Below, piece by piece: positions 41,174 through 50,833 of a stretch of DNA of 54,279 bases (its first letter is position 1; every line of letters starts with the position of its first letter). Both the position numbers and the translations under genes were made by a program. Source of the DNA: a virus (taxonomy: Duplodnaviria; Heunggongvirae; Uroviricota; Caudoviricetes); IMG/VR virus record IMGVR_UViG_3300037466_003757, positions 118,680 to 172,958 of that record; one strand, given 5' to 3'. Below the pieces are notes generated by a model. The model searched no databases. It was not told where the DNA came from and was given only the letters and a program-made list of their open reading frames with translations.

Positions 41174-41391
41174 TCCTGCTCCCTCAACCTCGCACGACGA
41201 GCCCAACTGACCGCTAGAGCTTCGGCGAAATGATTGGCGACACGTTCCTCTTCGAGCGCATTAGCAATCGCTTCCACTTCGTTTGTTCTTTCGCGCGTTA
41301 TCTCGAGCATTTCTTGAGCACGTTCACGTTCTTCACGTGCTCGCTCGAGAGCTTTCGATGGCTCTCGTGTGTTTGTCTTACCCCATCTCAT
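41170..41391 (-). CDS. Small coiled-coil protein
   Basis: ALERAREERERAQEML...NHFAEAL, typical of actinophage lysis-region genes. Confidence 0.65.
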   Translation of the reverse strand: MRWGKTNTREPSKALERAREERERAQEMLEITRERTNEVEAIANALEEERVANHFAEALAVSWARRARLREQE

Positions 41392-41968
41392 CAATTTCAC
41401 CGTCGCCGTCGCTGTCATCGTCGTTGTCAGGGAAGGGATCGTCGAGACCGAAATCGAACTCAGCTGATCTCGTCCGTTTTCGAGGCTGTTTTACGGGTTG
41501 CGATTTTGAAGCAGCTTTTTTCGCAGATCGTCGCGGTTTTTCGGCTGCTGTCCGTGAAATTGCGCGTTGTTCCGGTGCCGCTGGTTGAAGTGCAGCGTGA
41601 CGATCGTAAAGTTGCGATTCCACGTTCGCTCGTGTATCGGCTGCTATATCTCTAGCCCAAGTTTCTTCCACGCTGGATCGATGTTCGATTTCTCGAGCCA
41701 CTTCTTGCTGCATGGAATGAATTAAGTGCGTTGTCGTACGTGAGGCGTCCAGCAGACGTGTAATCTGGATGGCTTGTTCTCGGTTACGTTCGAGATCTGC
41801 TACGTGCGTCTTTCGCCATTCTTCGATTTGATCGTCTTTGTCCTTCAGCATTCGCTTGTGCAACGCTCCAGGCACCAGACCGCCGGTCACGACAAGGATG
41901 ACAAGCACGACGGCTAGACCGCCGAAGCCCAGGTTTCCAGTCCCGAGCATTTTGAATAGCTCTGTCAT
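41378..41968 (-). CDS. Membrane protein with one TM segment and coiled coil (holin-associated)
   Basis: GFGGLAVVLVILVVTGGLVP...KDDQIEEWRK. Confidence 0.7.
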   Translation of the reverse strand: MTELFKMLGTGNLGFGGLAVVLVILVVTGGLVPGALHKRMLKDKDDQIEEWRKTHVADLERNREQAIQITRLLDASRTTTHLIHSMQQEVAREIEHRSSVEETWARDIAADTRANVESQLYDRHAALQPAAPEQRAISRTAAEKPRRSAKKAASKSQPVKQPRKRTRSAEFDFGLDDPFPDNDDDSDGDGEIDEMG

Positions 41969-42033
41969 TTTTCTCTCGCCGTAGTCGGTATTGCTGTTGT
42001 CGATATCGTGGCGTGTCGGCGAGTGTCGTAATG

Positions 42034-42537
42034 TCAAGAAAGAGCGCTGTGTCGTCCGGCTGATTCGGACGGCGCGACAGGCGAGCCAGGCGCAGTTAAT
42101 ACAGATGTCAATACAGAATCAGTCAAACCGTTTTTGGTCGACTTGATACCGAGAACACTACCGATGAACATAACGACACCGGCTGCGATTTGAAACCAGT
42201 GTGGAAGACCGATATCCGTTGTCACGATCCATCCGGCGAGTACGACGAGTCCGGAGATAATGGCTGTAATCGTATTGGAGTATTTCTTCCACAATGGCTG
42301 ATTTTGAAGCTCACTCAGCAGATTGCTCACAACGGCATGAAACGCGTCGATTTCCATCTGTCTGACGCTGGGCGTATGCGCGATACTTGCGACCGCGTCA
42401 GCCGTCGCTTTCACGATGATAGGTTTGGTCGTTTCCACGGTCGCCGCAAGTTGTGTCGCGGCGTCGGCAGCCCATTGCGCTGCTTCTTCAGCGAAGTCGT
42501 ATGGGACGATACCTCCGGCTGACGGTGGTGTAGTCAT
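42034..42537 (-). CDS. Putative holin
   Basis: Two TM segments after QPLWKKYSNT; downstream of lysin A. Confidence 0.6.
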   Translation of the reverse strand: MTTPPSAGGIVPYDFAEEAAQWAADAATQLAATVETTKPIIVKATADAVASIAHTPSVRQMEIDAFHAVVSNLLSELQNQPLWKKYSNTITAIISGLVVLAGWIVTTDIGLPHWFQIAAGVVMFIGSVLGIKSTKNGLTDSVLTSVLTAPGSPVAPSESAGRHSALS

Positions 42538-42540
42538 CGA

Positions 42541-42876
42541 TCAACTTCCGTTCTTTTTCGTCAACGCATCGATTTTAGCTTCGATTCGCTGAAGTGTTTG
42601 CGCATTCGATTGCACCTGTACAAGAATCGCACGACCGAATCCTGCTGCGCGTGCTGCATGACCAAGAACCGTATCGACGGCGTCTGCGGTCTTCGCAGTC
42701 GGCGGATATTCTTTGATCCAGAACGTAGCTTCGAACAGAATTCGTTGAATCGCCTGTCGCATCGACAACGGCTGAGATTGCTTGTTCGAACTATTTGGAT
42801 CGCCACCGGCGTCCGCAATAAGCTGAACGTCACCAGCCGGAGCCATTTGCGCTGCTACATCATCTGCTGCACCCAT
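42541..42876 (-). CDS. Hypothetical lysis-cassette protein
   Basis: AAGGAAAGG RBS, 111 aa, ends in a coiled coil. Confidence 0.65.
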   Translation of the reverse strand: MGAADDVAAQMAPAGDVQLIADAGGDPNSSNKQSQPLSMRQAIQRILFEATFWIKEYPPTAKTADAVDTVLGHAARAAGFGRAILVQVQSNAQTLQRIEAKIDALTKKNGS

Positions 42877-42968
42877 TATATTGCCTTTCCTTATCGGTTG
42901 ATTATAGCCGCTATATCGTTTTCCGAAGAAACGATGATAGACACTGATATAAACGCGTCACAGTCGTA

Positions 42969-44093
42969 TCATGCGGAGAATTGCGATCGAATCGCCGTCC
43001 ACGCGGATTCGCTATTGTCGAGCGAAATACCCAATGCTTCAGCGAATTCTTCGGCGCTGAGTCCGTCTGCAGAATTCATGTCACAGTTACCGAACGGCGG
43101 GCATCCTTCGGGAAGACCGCCACCGTATCCTTGCCCATCGGTGTATTGATGCGCGATTTGACCGGAAATATTCGGATTAGTGCCATATCCCGCTGCTATG
43201 ATACGTATTCCATCAGGACGTGACGGCCACATGTTTTTCGCGTCGGGTTGATTGACATAGCCACAAATACGCCGACGATCGCCGATCCAATCGGCAAGTT
43301 TCCAATACGAGCGATTGATTCCGTCACTCTGATCGCCACCTGGATTACCGCCGGATTCAACATCGATCATGACGGCCATTCGCGGATGCGGCCCACCAGC
43401 CTGTGTGACCATATCGATTAGCGTATTGACAGATTCTTCCCAGTTCGGACGCCAATAGAAGTAGACGATAAAAAACGCCAAACGTCCGGAATTGATCGCA
43501 TCGTTCGCCCACCGATAGTTCTGCCAAAAATTGGAATCCCGATAGGTGCCGTCGTTCGAACGGAACGACAGAACCGGATATGGATAGAGATCGTTGACCG
43601 GACTCTGAAATTCTGATACGTCGGCGAATAGTGTATCCACGACTGTCTCCTTATCGTTCGTCACCAAAGCGTCTTCAGGCCATTCGGCGTCAGCCAGCCA
43701 CGGTAACGGATTAATCTTCTTTCTTTCGTCGTAGCCGTACGGCATTACAGTGAGATGCAGATGTGGACCACTCGATTCGCCGTTGGATCCGACGTAACCG
43801 AGAAGTTGTCCCCGAGCGACCGTATCGTTCTGTTTCAGACCGGTTGCGAAAGCGTTCCACATATGACCGTACGTTGTGACACCACCGCCTTCCTCATCGG
43901 GATGATCGATGACGATCCATTGACCGTAGCCTTGTGCCGGACCGATGTATTTGACCGTTCCGCCAGCACATGCATAGAACGGCGTACCGTCGTCAGCTTC
44001 GAAATCTTGTCCGTAATGAAATCCGCCGTCACGCATACCGTACGGTGATCCGAGACGGTATGATTCCTTTTTCATCGGCCACTGTCTGGTCAC
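42969..44093 (-). CDS. lysA: Endolysin (lysin A): M23 peptidase plus GH25-like muramidase
   Basis: SPYGMR...HYGQDF, YGH, GPHLH; DVSEFQ, MIDVESGG, HQYTDG; GTG start after AGGAG. Confidence 0.9.
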   Translation of the reverse strand: MTRQWPMKKESYRLGSPYGMRDGGFHYGQDFEADDGTPFYACAGGTVKYIGPAQGYGQWIVIDHPDEEGGGVTTYGHMWNAFATGLKQNDTVARGQLLGYVGSNGESSGPHLHLTVMPYGYDERKKINPLPWLADAEWPEDALVTNDKETVVDTLFADVSEFQSPVNDLYPYPVLSFRSNDGTYRDSNFWQNYRWANDAINSGRLAFFIVYFYWRPNWEESVNTLIDMVTQAGGPHPRMAVMIDVESGGNPGGDQSDGINRSYWKLADWIGDRRRICGYVNQPDAKNMWPSRPDGIRIIAAGYGTNPNISGQIAHQYTDGQGYGGGLPEGCPPFGNCDMNSADGLSAEEFAEALGISLDNSESAWTAIRSQFSA

Positions 44094-44101
44094 GATCACT
44101 C

Positions 44102-45349
44102 CTAAGCGGAATAGATGGTCACGTCGTTCCATGAGTTCGAGTCATTGAAGCTGGCACGTTCGACGCGAAGTCCGGCATACGAGTTGGACGCTGGAGTTGT
44201 CGCGTTAGCCGCACCCGAGTAAAGCGTACGTGATCCGTTGATATCGATATAGCAAAGTCCGTCATAGACAGTAAATCCAACTACGTCACCGGTATTGACC
44301 GTAACACCGGACGTCTTCGACGTTTGATCGGTGAACGTCGGACTGGATCCGCCGATCGAACTCGACAAATCGGAGATATAGATCTTGCTGTTGAAGATGT
44401 TAGCGCACAATGCTTGGGTTCCAGCCGAATTACTGCACAGCACCAAACTGGAATCAGCAGTACCGTTGATACCCGCAGCTCCACCGACGGTCGCCGTGAT
44501 CCGCATTCGACCGTTTGTGATACCGGTATTACGAATAAGACCGCGGGATCCGTCGGTTGTTCCGTTCGTAGCCCACGAATCACTGGCTACACCGGCATTA
44601 GTACCGATCTGCGTCCATCCATTGACGCCGTTCTGATTGCCAGATCGTCCGTTGAAGTTGTCATAAAAAATTTGCGTCCATGCAGTATCCGCCGGAAAGC
44701 TACCGATTCGATCGTAGTGATAGATCCAACGAATGTACGCATCCGACAAAGAGTTATTGAAAATTCGCAGACATCGTCGTCCTGGACCGAATTTAAATCC
44801 CGATTCGATCGTTGCAGACCCCATATATGTGCCGTTGAACCACAATCGACACCATTGATCGTCATCGATCCACATGCGGAATGTAACTGTTGTATTGTTG
44901 ACTGGCGAAGGAGGCACAAACGTAGAAAGAAGTGTACCGATGCCCATGATTGACGGATACTCGGCGATATAGATATTCTGTGAAAGTGGAGAAGTTCGGT
45001 AGTAGAATCGAATACCAGCACAGTTGACGAATGCCGCACCGATATCAGCCCATGTGTTCGTGAACAAGAAATCGAACGCTTGAGCGCTTGCGCCGCCAGC
45101 GGGCCAAAAGAATTCAGCCTCGAAACCCCAATTTGGCGTAAACGGCATAAATTCGTAACTTTCACCACCACCGTTTGTGGTGGTGGGATTTTGTCGTATA
45201 TGCAATTCACCGAGATTATTGAAATCGGCCGGTGTACCGTCACCGAGATGAACCCACGGCCATTGAAGCGGAGAAACGCCGTACTCTTCGAAAGAGTCGT
45301 ACCAGCCGCCCCACGCCCACGGCAGATTACGTCGTAATAGAAAACTCAT
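44102..45349 (-). CDS. Minor tail protein
   Basis: Beta-rich, YDNFNG; position in the tail module. Confidence 0.75.
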   Translation of the reverse strand: MSFLLRRNLPWAWGGWYDSFEEYGVSPLQWPWVHLGDGTPADFNNLGELHIRQNPTTTNGGGESYEFMPFTPNWGFEAEFFWPAGGASAQAFDFLFTNTWADIGAAFVNCAGIRFYYRTSPLSQNIYIAEYPSIMGIGTLLSTFVPPSPVNNTTVTFRMWIDDDQWCRLWFNGTYMGSATIESGFKFGPGRRCLRIFNNSLSDAYIRWIYHYDRIGSFPADTAWTQIFYDNFNGRSGNQNGVNGWTQIGTNAGVASDSWATNGTTDGSRGLIRNTGITNGRMRITATVGGAAGINGTADSSLVLCSNSAGTQALCANIFNSKIYISDLSSSIGGSSPTFTDQTSKTSGVTVNTGDVVGFTVYDGLCYIDINGSRTLYSGAANATTPASNSYAGLRVERASFNDSNSWNDVTIYSA

Positions 45350-45780
45350 GACGTTATCGGATCTCCCGTATTAGCGGCAGTTCCCGGATCGCCAGTCGTT
45401 GAAGAATCTGGAGTCGTCGTGGTATCAGTGACTTGTTCAGCGACGGCAGCCTGTGTTGCAGCGTCATCGACAACACCACTGATCGATGCGTCCGAGTGTT
45501 CTGCGAGAGTCCGACGCATTTGTTCGAAAACCATTCGATTTCCACGAAGACCGATCGGATCGTTCGCATCGAGTAACGGACGTAGATTATCCGGTTCGTG
45601 ATTGAACATATTGATCGCTTGATCGAGTACTTTGATCGCGTTCGCAGATGTTTCCAAGTCGAAAAGATTGTCCAACGTGTCGACGCCAAGTGCTTTCGCC
45701 CAGAGCGCTTCTTGATACGGATGCACCTGTACGGTTTCTTGACCGACACCGCCACCGTACCGAGTTTCGAAGAATCTCAT
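45346..45780 (-). CDS. Hypothetical tail-module protein
   Basis: Coupled ORF, 144 aa. Confidence 0.7.
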   Translation of the reverse strand: MRFFETRYGGGVGQETVQVHPYQEALWAKALGVDTLDNLFDLETSANAIKVLDQAINMFNHEPDNLRPLLDANDPIGLRGNRMVFEQMRRTLAEHSDASISGVVDDAATQAAVAEQVTDTTTTPDSSTTGDPGTAANTGDPITS

Positions 45781-46124
45781 GCCGCGACTCCTTTACCCCG
45801 AACCGTTAAGTGTTTAGCATTACCGATTGCGATAACATTCCAAGTAATGCGGTCATTTTCGTCGATCTTAAGATCAAGACCTTCGATTTTATGACGTGTG
45901 ACGTTCGAATCAATCGTAGTTGTGTGTAATGTCGATACTCGATCATCCGAATTGAGAGACATTTTTTGTGTCTCGATAAGCGCTCCGCCAATTTGCGTGT
46001 CAAATTCGAAAACGAGTTCGTTGATGATACACGGGTTTTTTGGCTTGATACCGATCAGCAGTTCGTTCGTGCCCAAATAAACGTCGTCCGAACTGATAGT
46101 TACTGCAAAATCAAGTATTCTCAT
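45777..46124 (-). CDS. Hypothetical tail-module protein
   Basis: Coupled ORF, 115 aa. Confidence 0.65.
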   Translation of the reverse strand: MRILDFAVTISSDDVYLGTNELLIGIKPKNPCIINELVFEFDTQIGGALIETQKMSLNSDDRVSTLHTTTIDSNVTRHKIEGLDLKIDENDRITWNVIAIGNAKHLTVRGKGVAA

Positions 46125-46960
46125 TGCATTACTCCGAAGAAAAGAATTTGAAGATCGACAGGAGGCGTCGAACCGATAATGGACGTGACGTTGATGAACA
46201 CTCGCTCGCGGGACGACATGGAAAAGCCGAGATTAGCCCAGTTCGCACGAGTCACATTCGCTGCGAGTGTGTAAGTACCGAGTAATGTATTAGTGACACC
46301 GGTTGAGTCCCATTTGTGAAGTTCGAACGTCATGCCAGCCGGTTGGGACTCGAGTGCGACGTGCATATCGGTAAGCGTTCGTGCAAGACCAACGGGTACG
46401 TTCTGACACAGACCGATACGGACTTCGTTGATACCAAGAACGACGGCAGCGCTGGCCGCGACGAATTCTGTTTCCCAGTACGATGCGCGACTTGACGCGC
46501 TAGCAGCAGTCGACTGTGCAGTTGCCGCCTGATTCGCTGCTGCAGACGCTTGGGTTACAGCGGCACTTGCTGCGGTATTCGCTGTACCCGCAAGCGTGTA
46601 CGCGCTGTTTGCAGTGGTATTTGCAGAGTTTGCGACGGATGATGCCGTTGTCGCGGTCGCGCTCGTCTCGTGCAAGAAACCGGTCAAGTCGATAAATCCA
46701 CCGGTGACGTTTTTGAGCGCATAGACCAGATCACTGATGAACTGATTGATGGCGTTCGCGATCATCGCCGGGATACTCGCGAAACCACCGAGCAATCCGT
46801 TGAAGAACGATGCTTCTAACTCGTTCAGATTTGCGATGAGATCGGATACTGCCGCTTGAGCGATAGATTCTTTCGTGACGCTCTGAAGTTTGTTCACCGT
46901 ATTCGTGGTGACTGCTCCGTCCGGCATCTGGCTGACGCCGAACATATCGGGAGAGGTCAT
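46121..46960 (-). CDS. Minor tail protein
   Basis: MTSPD start, Ala-rich coiled segment, beta-rich C-domain. Confidence 0.7.
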   Translation of the reverse strand: MTSPDMFGVSQMPDGAVTTNTVNKLQSVTKESIAQAAVSDLIANLNELEASFFNGLLGGFASIPAMIANAINQFISDLVYALKNVTGGFIDLTGFLHETSATATTASSVANSANTTANSAYTLAGTANTAASAAVTQASAAANQAATAQSTAASASSRASYWETEFVAASAAVVLGINEVRIGLCQNVPVGLARTLTDMHVALESQPAGMTFELHKWDSTGVTNTLLGTYTLAANVTRANWANLGFSMSSRERVFINVTSIIGSTPPVDLQILFFGVMQ

Positions 46961-48018
46961 TGCTCACCGTCGCTCTCGTCGGTCTGCGTTGCATTTTGTG
47001 CTTCTGCAGCGCGTTTGAGATCTTCCATTCGTCGCTTCGCTTCGTTTGTCAGACCGCTTGTCGAGGGCGCGGATGCGGGATCCGGTTCGGTGAACAATTT
47101 GGCGAGACGTTCACGGACGACCGTTTGTTCATCGGGTTTCACGTTTTTGGCGTCTTCAGCGACGACCGGTGTCCGCGACGGTGGCGGAGTCGATAAAACC
47201 GGACGTGTACTGATCATTCGAGCTTCGTTCTTGATCGTCCACGGATCACGATCATCGTCAGATTGAATTCTGACGTTTTGACTCTTCTCGATCGCCGCCA
47301 CACGTTCGATCGTTGCGTCTGCCGCACGATCGTCTGTGATTCGCATTTCTGATTGTTCGACCATCTTTGCGCGTGCTTCAGCGCGCCGCAGACCTTCGCG
47401 CATCGCGGCGAGTTGAGCTGGCGTTAGACCTGAGAAGTCGGGAATTTCCGGAGGTGCTTCGTAATGTTGTGGTTCTGGCTCGCTTACTGGATGCCAAGTA
47501 CCGGGATTGATTGGAATATCGGGGCCTTCGGCGGGCGCACGATGTCGAATCAATTGCTGCGGTAATTGATTGACATGAATCCAACCATGCTCGTTCGCCA
47601 TAGCTCGAACGTCACTGACATGAATCAGACCGACACGTTCCGCATGAATCGCGACGAGTTGTTGAGCGTCAGTCGGCAGATTCATCGACGGTTTATCGGT
47701 CTCGTGCAGTTCGTTCATCGGTACGCCGCGGAAATATCGCATATACGGATGAGGAATCGGGTACTTCTTGATACTTTTCAACGCCGACTTCGTCACTGAC
47801 GGCTTAGGAATGTCCGCGAACAATGCGGGATCCGGTGGATCGCCATTTCCGGATCCGCCAGAAGAACCGTCTTCGTCAGTTTCTTCTTTTTCGGCTTTTT
47901 TCTGCGTAGGAGTAACGAACTCCCACGTTTGTGATTGCTGTTGCCGAGCGTTATCGGCTTCTTCTTTGATTGACTCGGGGGATGAATGACCCCGATTATA
48001 GTCAGGAGATACCGTCAT
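46957..48018 (-). CDS. DUF2744-like tail protein with long extensions
   Basis: HAERVGLIH, LPQQLIRH..P.EGP...NPGTW, PDFSGLT. Confidence 0.65.
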   Translation of the reverse strand: MTVSPDYNRGHSSPESIKEEADNARQQQSQTWEFVTPTQKKAEKEETDEDGSSGGSGNGDPPDPALFADIPKPSVTKSALKSIKKYPIPHPYMRYFRGVPMNELHETDKPSMNLPTDAQQLVAIHAERVGLIHVSDVRAMANEHGWIHVNQLPQQLIRHRAPAEGPDIPINPGTWHPVSEPEPQHYEAPPEIPDFSGLTPAQLAAMREGLRRAEARAKMVEQSEMRITDDRAADATIERVAAIEKSQNVRIQSDDDRDPWTIKNEARMISTRPVLSTPPPSRTPVVAEDAKNVKPDEQTVVRERLAKLFTEPDPASAPSTSGLTNEAKRRMEDLKRAAEAQNATQTDESDGEQ

Positions 48019-48110
48019 GACGCCTCCATGTCTTGTCGTATCACGTTGCTGAATGAGCGACGGATTAATCGTGTCGATGTCGGCGTCAAATCGTCTAACT
48101 TAATTGGCAT
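48015..48110 (-). CDS. 31-aa linker ORF
   Basis: ATG 48110, 6 nt after the upstream stop; its TGA overlaps the next ATG. Confidence 0.3.
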   Translation of the reverse strand: MPIKLDDLTPTSTRLIRRSFSNVIRQDMEAS

Positions 48111-48116
48111 CTTACG

Positions 48117-49724
48117 TCACGAATCTACTCCCAAGCCTTGCACGATCGCTCGTACTTGCGCGAGCTGTCGCGACAAAATAGAACCCGGTGGTTCTTCGGC
48201 TTGACCGCTTCCGATCGTAATTTCCCATTGCGGATCTTGTGTTCGCGACCACGTCAATTTCAACACATAGACTTGGTCGACGTACAAAATGCCTGTGTCG
48301 CCAATTTCCGCACTGACACGGTCGCCGAGATCGAAATGTCTTCCGACCCAATACGGCGCGCCATTGATGACACTGACCTTGAATGATGTATAGGCACGTG
48401 TATCCCAGAATCCGTTTCTGATCGCTTGCAGCGCGGATAACGAGAAGCCGGTATTAGCGCCTTCGGCCCAGTGTTCACCGTACCGATTCGAACCCATGAG
48501 ATCGGCGCGAATCGGATTTGTGACCTTGTGGAACGCCAGAACGACGTCTTCGACTTGATCATCGAAGATACCGAGCGCGAGACCCGGATTACCGATCAAC
48601 GCGCCAATATAGCCGAGTACACCGTTGAGCAGCAGTTTGATACCGTTGTTGACCCAACCCGGTGATTTACCGCCGGTGACGACCGAACAGGCGAGCGCCT
48701 TGTGGATCGTCATCTCCCATGTCTGAATGCCACTCAGACCGGTTCGCATGCCGTTTCGCCACGATACCCACGGCGAATCCTGTACGGTTCCGAAGAACGT
48801 CGGATTTTGGTAGTTCGGCGACGGTGTTTGACCGTAGACCTGTTGTATTTCCGATACACCGTCGCTCAAAATGGTGGATACGGTTTTGAGTAAGCCGTCG
48901 ACAACCGTTCCGGTCGGACCACGGAATCCGGATTTGTCGACAACGTCAATGACCAGTGTCGGTTGCGTCAGATTGAAGTGCGTGGATGCCGGCTGCGGAT
49001 CGCCAGGAAGCCACCGTTGCGCGATGACCTGAAGTCCTGCGTCCTTCAAGACCGGAGTAATGACGTCATGCAGATTACCGAAACGCGTGGTCATAACGGT
49101 CCACGCCGACGTATCTCCGAAGAAGTCTCCGGGTATGCAGATGATCGGCCAATTTGCCGGATTCAGATTTGCGAGCCACGATGCCGGATCGAAAATATCT
49201 TCGGGAAGCGCCCATAGCGGTAGGAATCGCCGCATGAGATTCAGGAAGATCATCGTTTTGATGCCGAATATGGACGGCCCAGCCCACATATAGATCTTCG
49301 GATACTGGAATTCCGGCGGAAGCAACGGATTCGAGTAACAGACGACCTTCTTCATGTGCTCGTATTCGTGCAGGAATTCGAGTACGATGAACGTGAAGCC
49401 CTTGTCATCGCCCTTGTAGGTGATCGTCTGTGCTTTGCCGGACCATCGCTTGTAGCCCGTGTCCACAGTGATATGGACGTCTTCTTCTTGCTTCAGTTCG
49501 GAAATAAGCCAGTTCTGGAGCTTGTGTTTGCCGAACAGCGTTAGTGTTCCCGTACCGGTTTCGTTCAGCTTCTCCTCGAAGCTGGCATCGATTTCACCGA
49601 ACAGAACCGATTTGAGTTCCCAATTTTTGTTCCAGATACGAATAAACGGGCGCTGACGTGACTGTTTTACGAAGTTGTATTGTTCGCGCAGGAGCTCGTT
49701 GCGCACGTCGTCGCATGTCAGCAT
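48117..49724 (-). CDS. Minor tail protein (ReqiPepy6 Gp37-like baseplate hub)
   Basis: PFIRIWNKN, EEKLNETG, CYSNPLLPPEFQ.PK, FDLGDRV...G, W.ITIG. Confidence 0.85.
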   Translation of the reverse strand: MLTCDDVRNELLREQYNFVKQSRQRPFIRIWNKNWELKSVLFGEIDASFEEKLNETGTGTLTLFGKHKLQNWLISELKQEEDVHITVDTGYKRWSGKAQTITYKGDDKGFTFIVLEFLHEYEHMKKVVCYSNPLLPPEFQYPKIYMWAGPSIFGIKTMIFLNLMRRFLPLWALPEDIFDPASWLANLNPANWPIICIPGDFFGDTSAWTVMTTRFGNLHDVITPVLKDAGLQVIAQRWLPGDPQPASTHFNLTQPTLVIDVVDKSGFRGPTGTVVDGLLKTVSTILSDGVSEIQQVYGQTPSPNYQNPTFFGTVQDSPWVSWRNGMRTGLSGIQTWEMTIHKALACSVVTGGKSPGWVNNGIKLLLNGVLGYIGALIGNPGLALGIFDDQVEDVVLAFHKVTNPIRADLMGSNRYGEHWAEGANTGFSLSALQAIRNGFWDTRAYTSFKVSVINGAPYWVGRHFDLGDRVSAEIGDTGILYVDQVYVLKLTWSRTQDPQWEITIGSGQAEEPPGSILSRQLAQVRAIVQGLGVDS

Positions 49725-49813
49725 AGCGTACGTCCTCCCACTTGCGTATCGTTTCTATCGTCATCGACGAGAAAGTCGCTCAGCGTTCGACTCAGCGCGT
49801 AGTTTTTCGTCAT
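49718..49813 (-). CDS. 31-aa linker ORF
   Basis: ATG overlaps the upstream stop (ATGA); its stop overlaps the next gene's start region. Confidence 0.3.
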   Translation of the reverse strand: MTKNYALSRTLSDFLVDDDRNDTQVGGRTLC

Positions 49814-50796
49814 ACCGACCACGGCCTGTCCCAACGTTGCGTCATATAGGCTGTGAGCGTTGTACTCGTCGTTCCGCCGGTGACCTTGACGGGAACCTGT
49901 GTCGGAGGCGTTCGTGGCGGAAGCGAGTACAGAAATGCTTCGGCGTTCATACGCGCCCATGCCTGTGAACCGTCGCGGACCATCAGCGTCGGATTCAGCG
50001 GGTACGTATCGACTAAGAATTCCTGACCAACGCCGAGACTCGGCAGCGTATGTGTGACATTCGTACCGGAAATGTCGTGACCGTTCGCATCGGTAGATCC
50101 CGCCGGCCAAAGCGCGACGCCATCGGGAAGCGTCCACACCTGCGTTCCGCTGACGATTTGATTGCAGGAATATTGAACCCAGCATTCGACGTCAGCGGGA
50201 TTCTGCAGAGTGATGTATCCAGTTCCACTGCCGCTCGTATTCGTCCAAGACGACGTCAGTGTGGCTGAGTAATACCACGGGTCACTGGCGACAAGCGTCA
50301 TTTCCCAGATCATGAGATTCTGGGACGCCGTATCGAATGTCATGCTGTCTTTGGGTTTGCGATCGAGTCGCACCTTCAGTTCGCGCGGTGGCGAAAGCAT
50401 GGATTCGATCCGTAGAATACAATCGCGGTCGAATCGCAGAACTTCCCATAATTGGGAATCAACGCGCTCCCAGTCGAGTTGCGTAACACCCTGTGTACTC
50501 AAACGGATATCGATCGTTCGTTCTTCGACACGCGGAAAATCGGACGGCGTCGAGCCTTCCTGATAGGCCCAGGATTGACGAACCGGCGTACGAGGCGCGT
50601 GATAAATACCAGCGAACGTTTGCAACATACAAACGCCTTGTGCGCCCTTATTCGGACCGAGAATATCCAGTACGATTTGATCGTTACCGTATGTTGGACT
50701 GTTCGGGTCGAGATCGCGTTTGATCAGCTGATAGACCCGACCATCCGGATTGATGTCCGGCGAACGTCCGCGCATTGTCTGGAACGGCACTGTCAC
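49810..50796 (-). CDS. Distal tail (Dit-like) minor tail protein
   Basis: Directly after the tape measure; W..S...EGST, R.L.VRL, VASDPWY, NPADVECW. Confidence 0.8.
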   Translation of the reverse strand: MTVPFQTMRGRSPDINPDGRVYQLIKRDLDPNSPTYGNDQIVLDILGPNKGAQGVCMLQTFAGIYHAPRTPVRQSWAYQEGSTPSDFPRVEERTIDIRLSTQGVTQLDWERVDSQLWEVLRFDRDCILRIESMLSPPRELKVRLDRKPKDSMTFDTASQNLMIWEMTLVASDPWYYSATLTSSWTNTSGSGTGYITLQNPADVECWVQYSCNQIVSGTQVWTLPDGVALWPAGSTDANGHDISGTNVTHTLPSLGVGQEFLVDTYPLNPTLMVRDGSQAWARMNAEAFLYSLPPRTPPTQVPVKVTGGTTSTTLTAYMTQRWDRPWSV

Positions 50797-50833
50797 GGTC
50801 GCTCATTCCCTTCGATTACGTCTGTTTCGTGTC

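Noticed and set aside
42917-42937. C(UUCG)G hairpin and TATAAT between lysA and the next gene as an ncRNA
   Set aside because: Too short; most simply an mRNA-stabilising hairpin or weak internal promoter.
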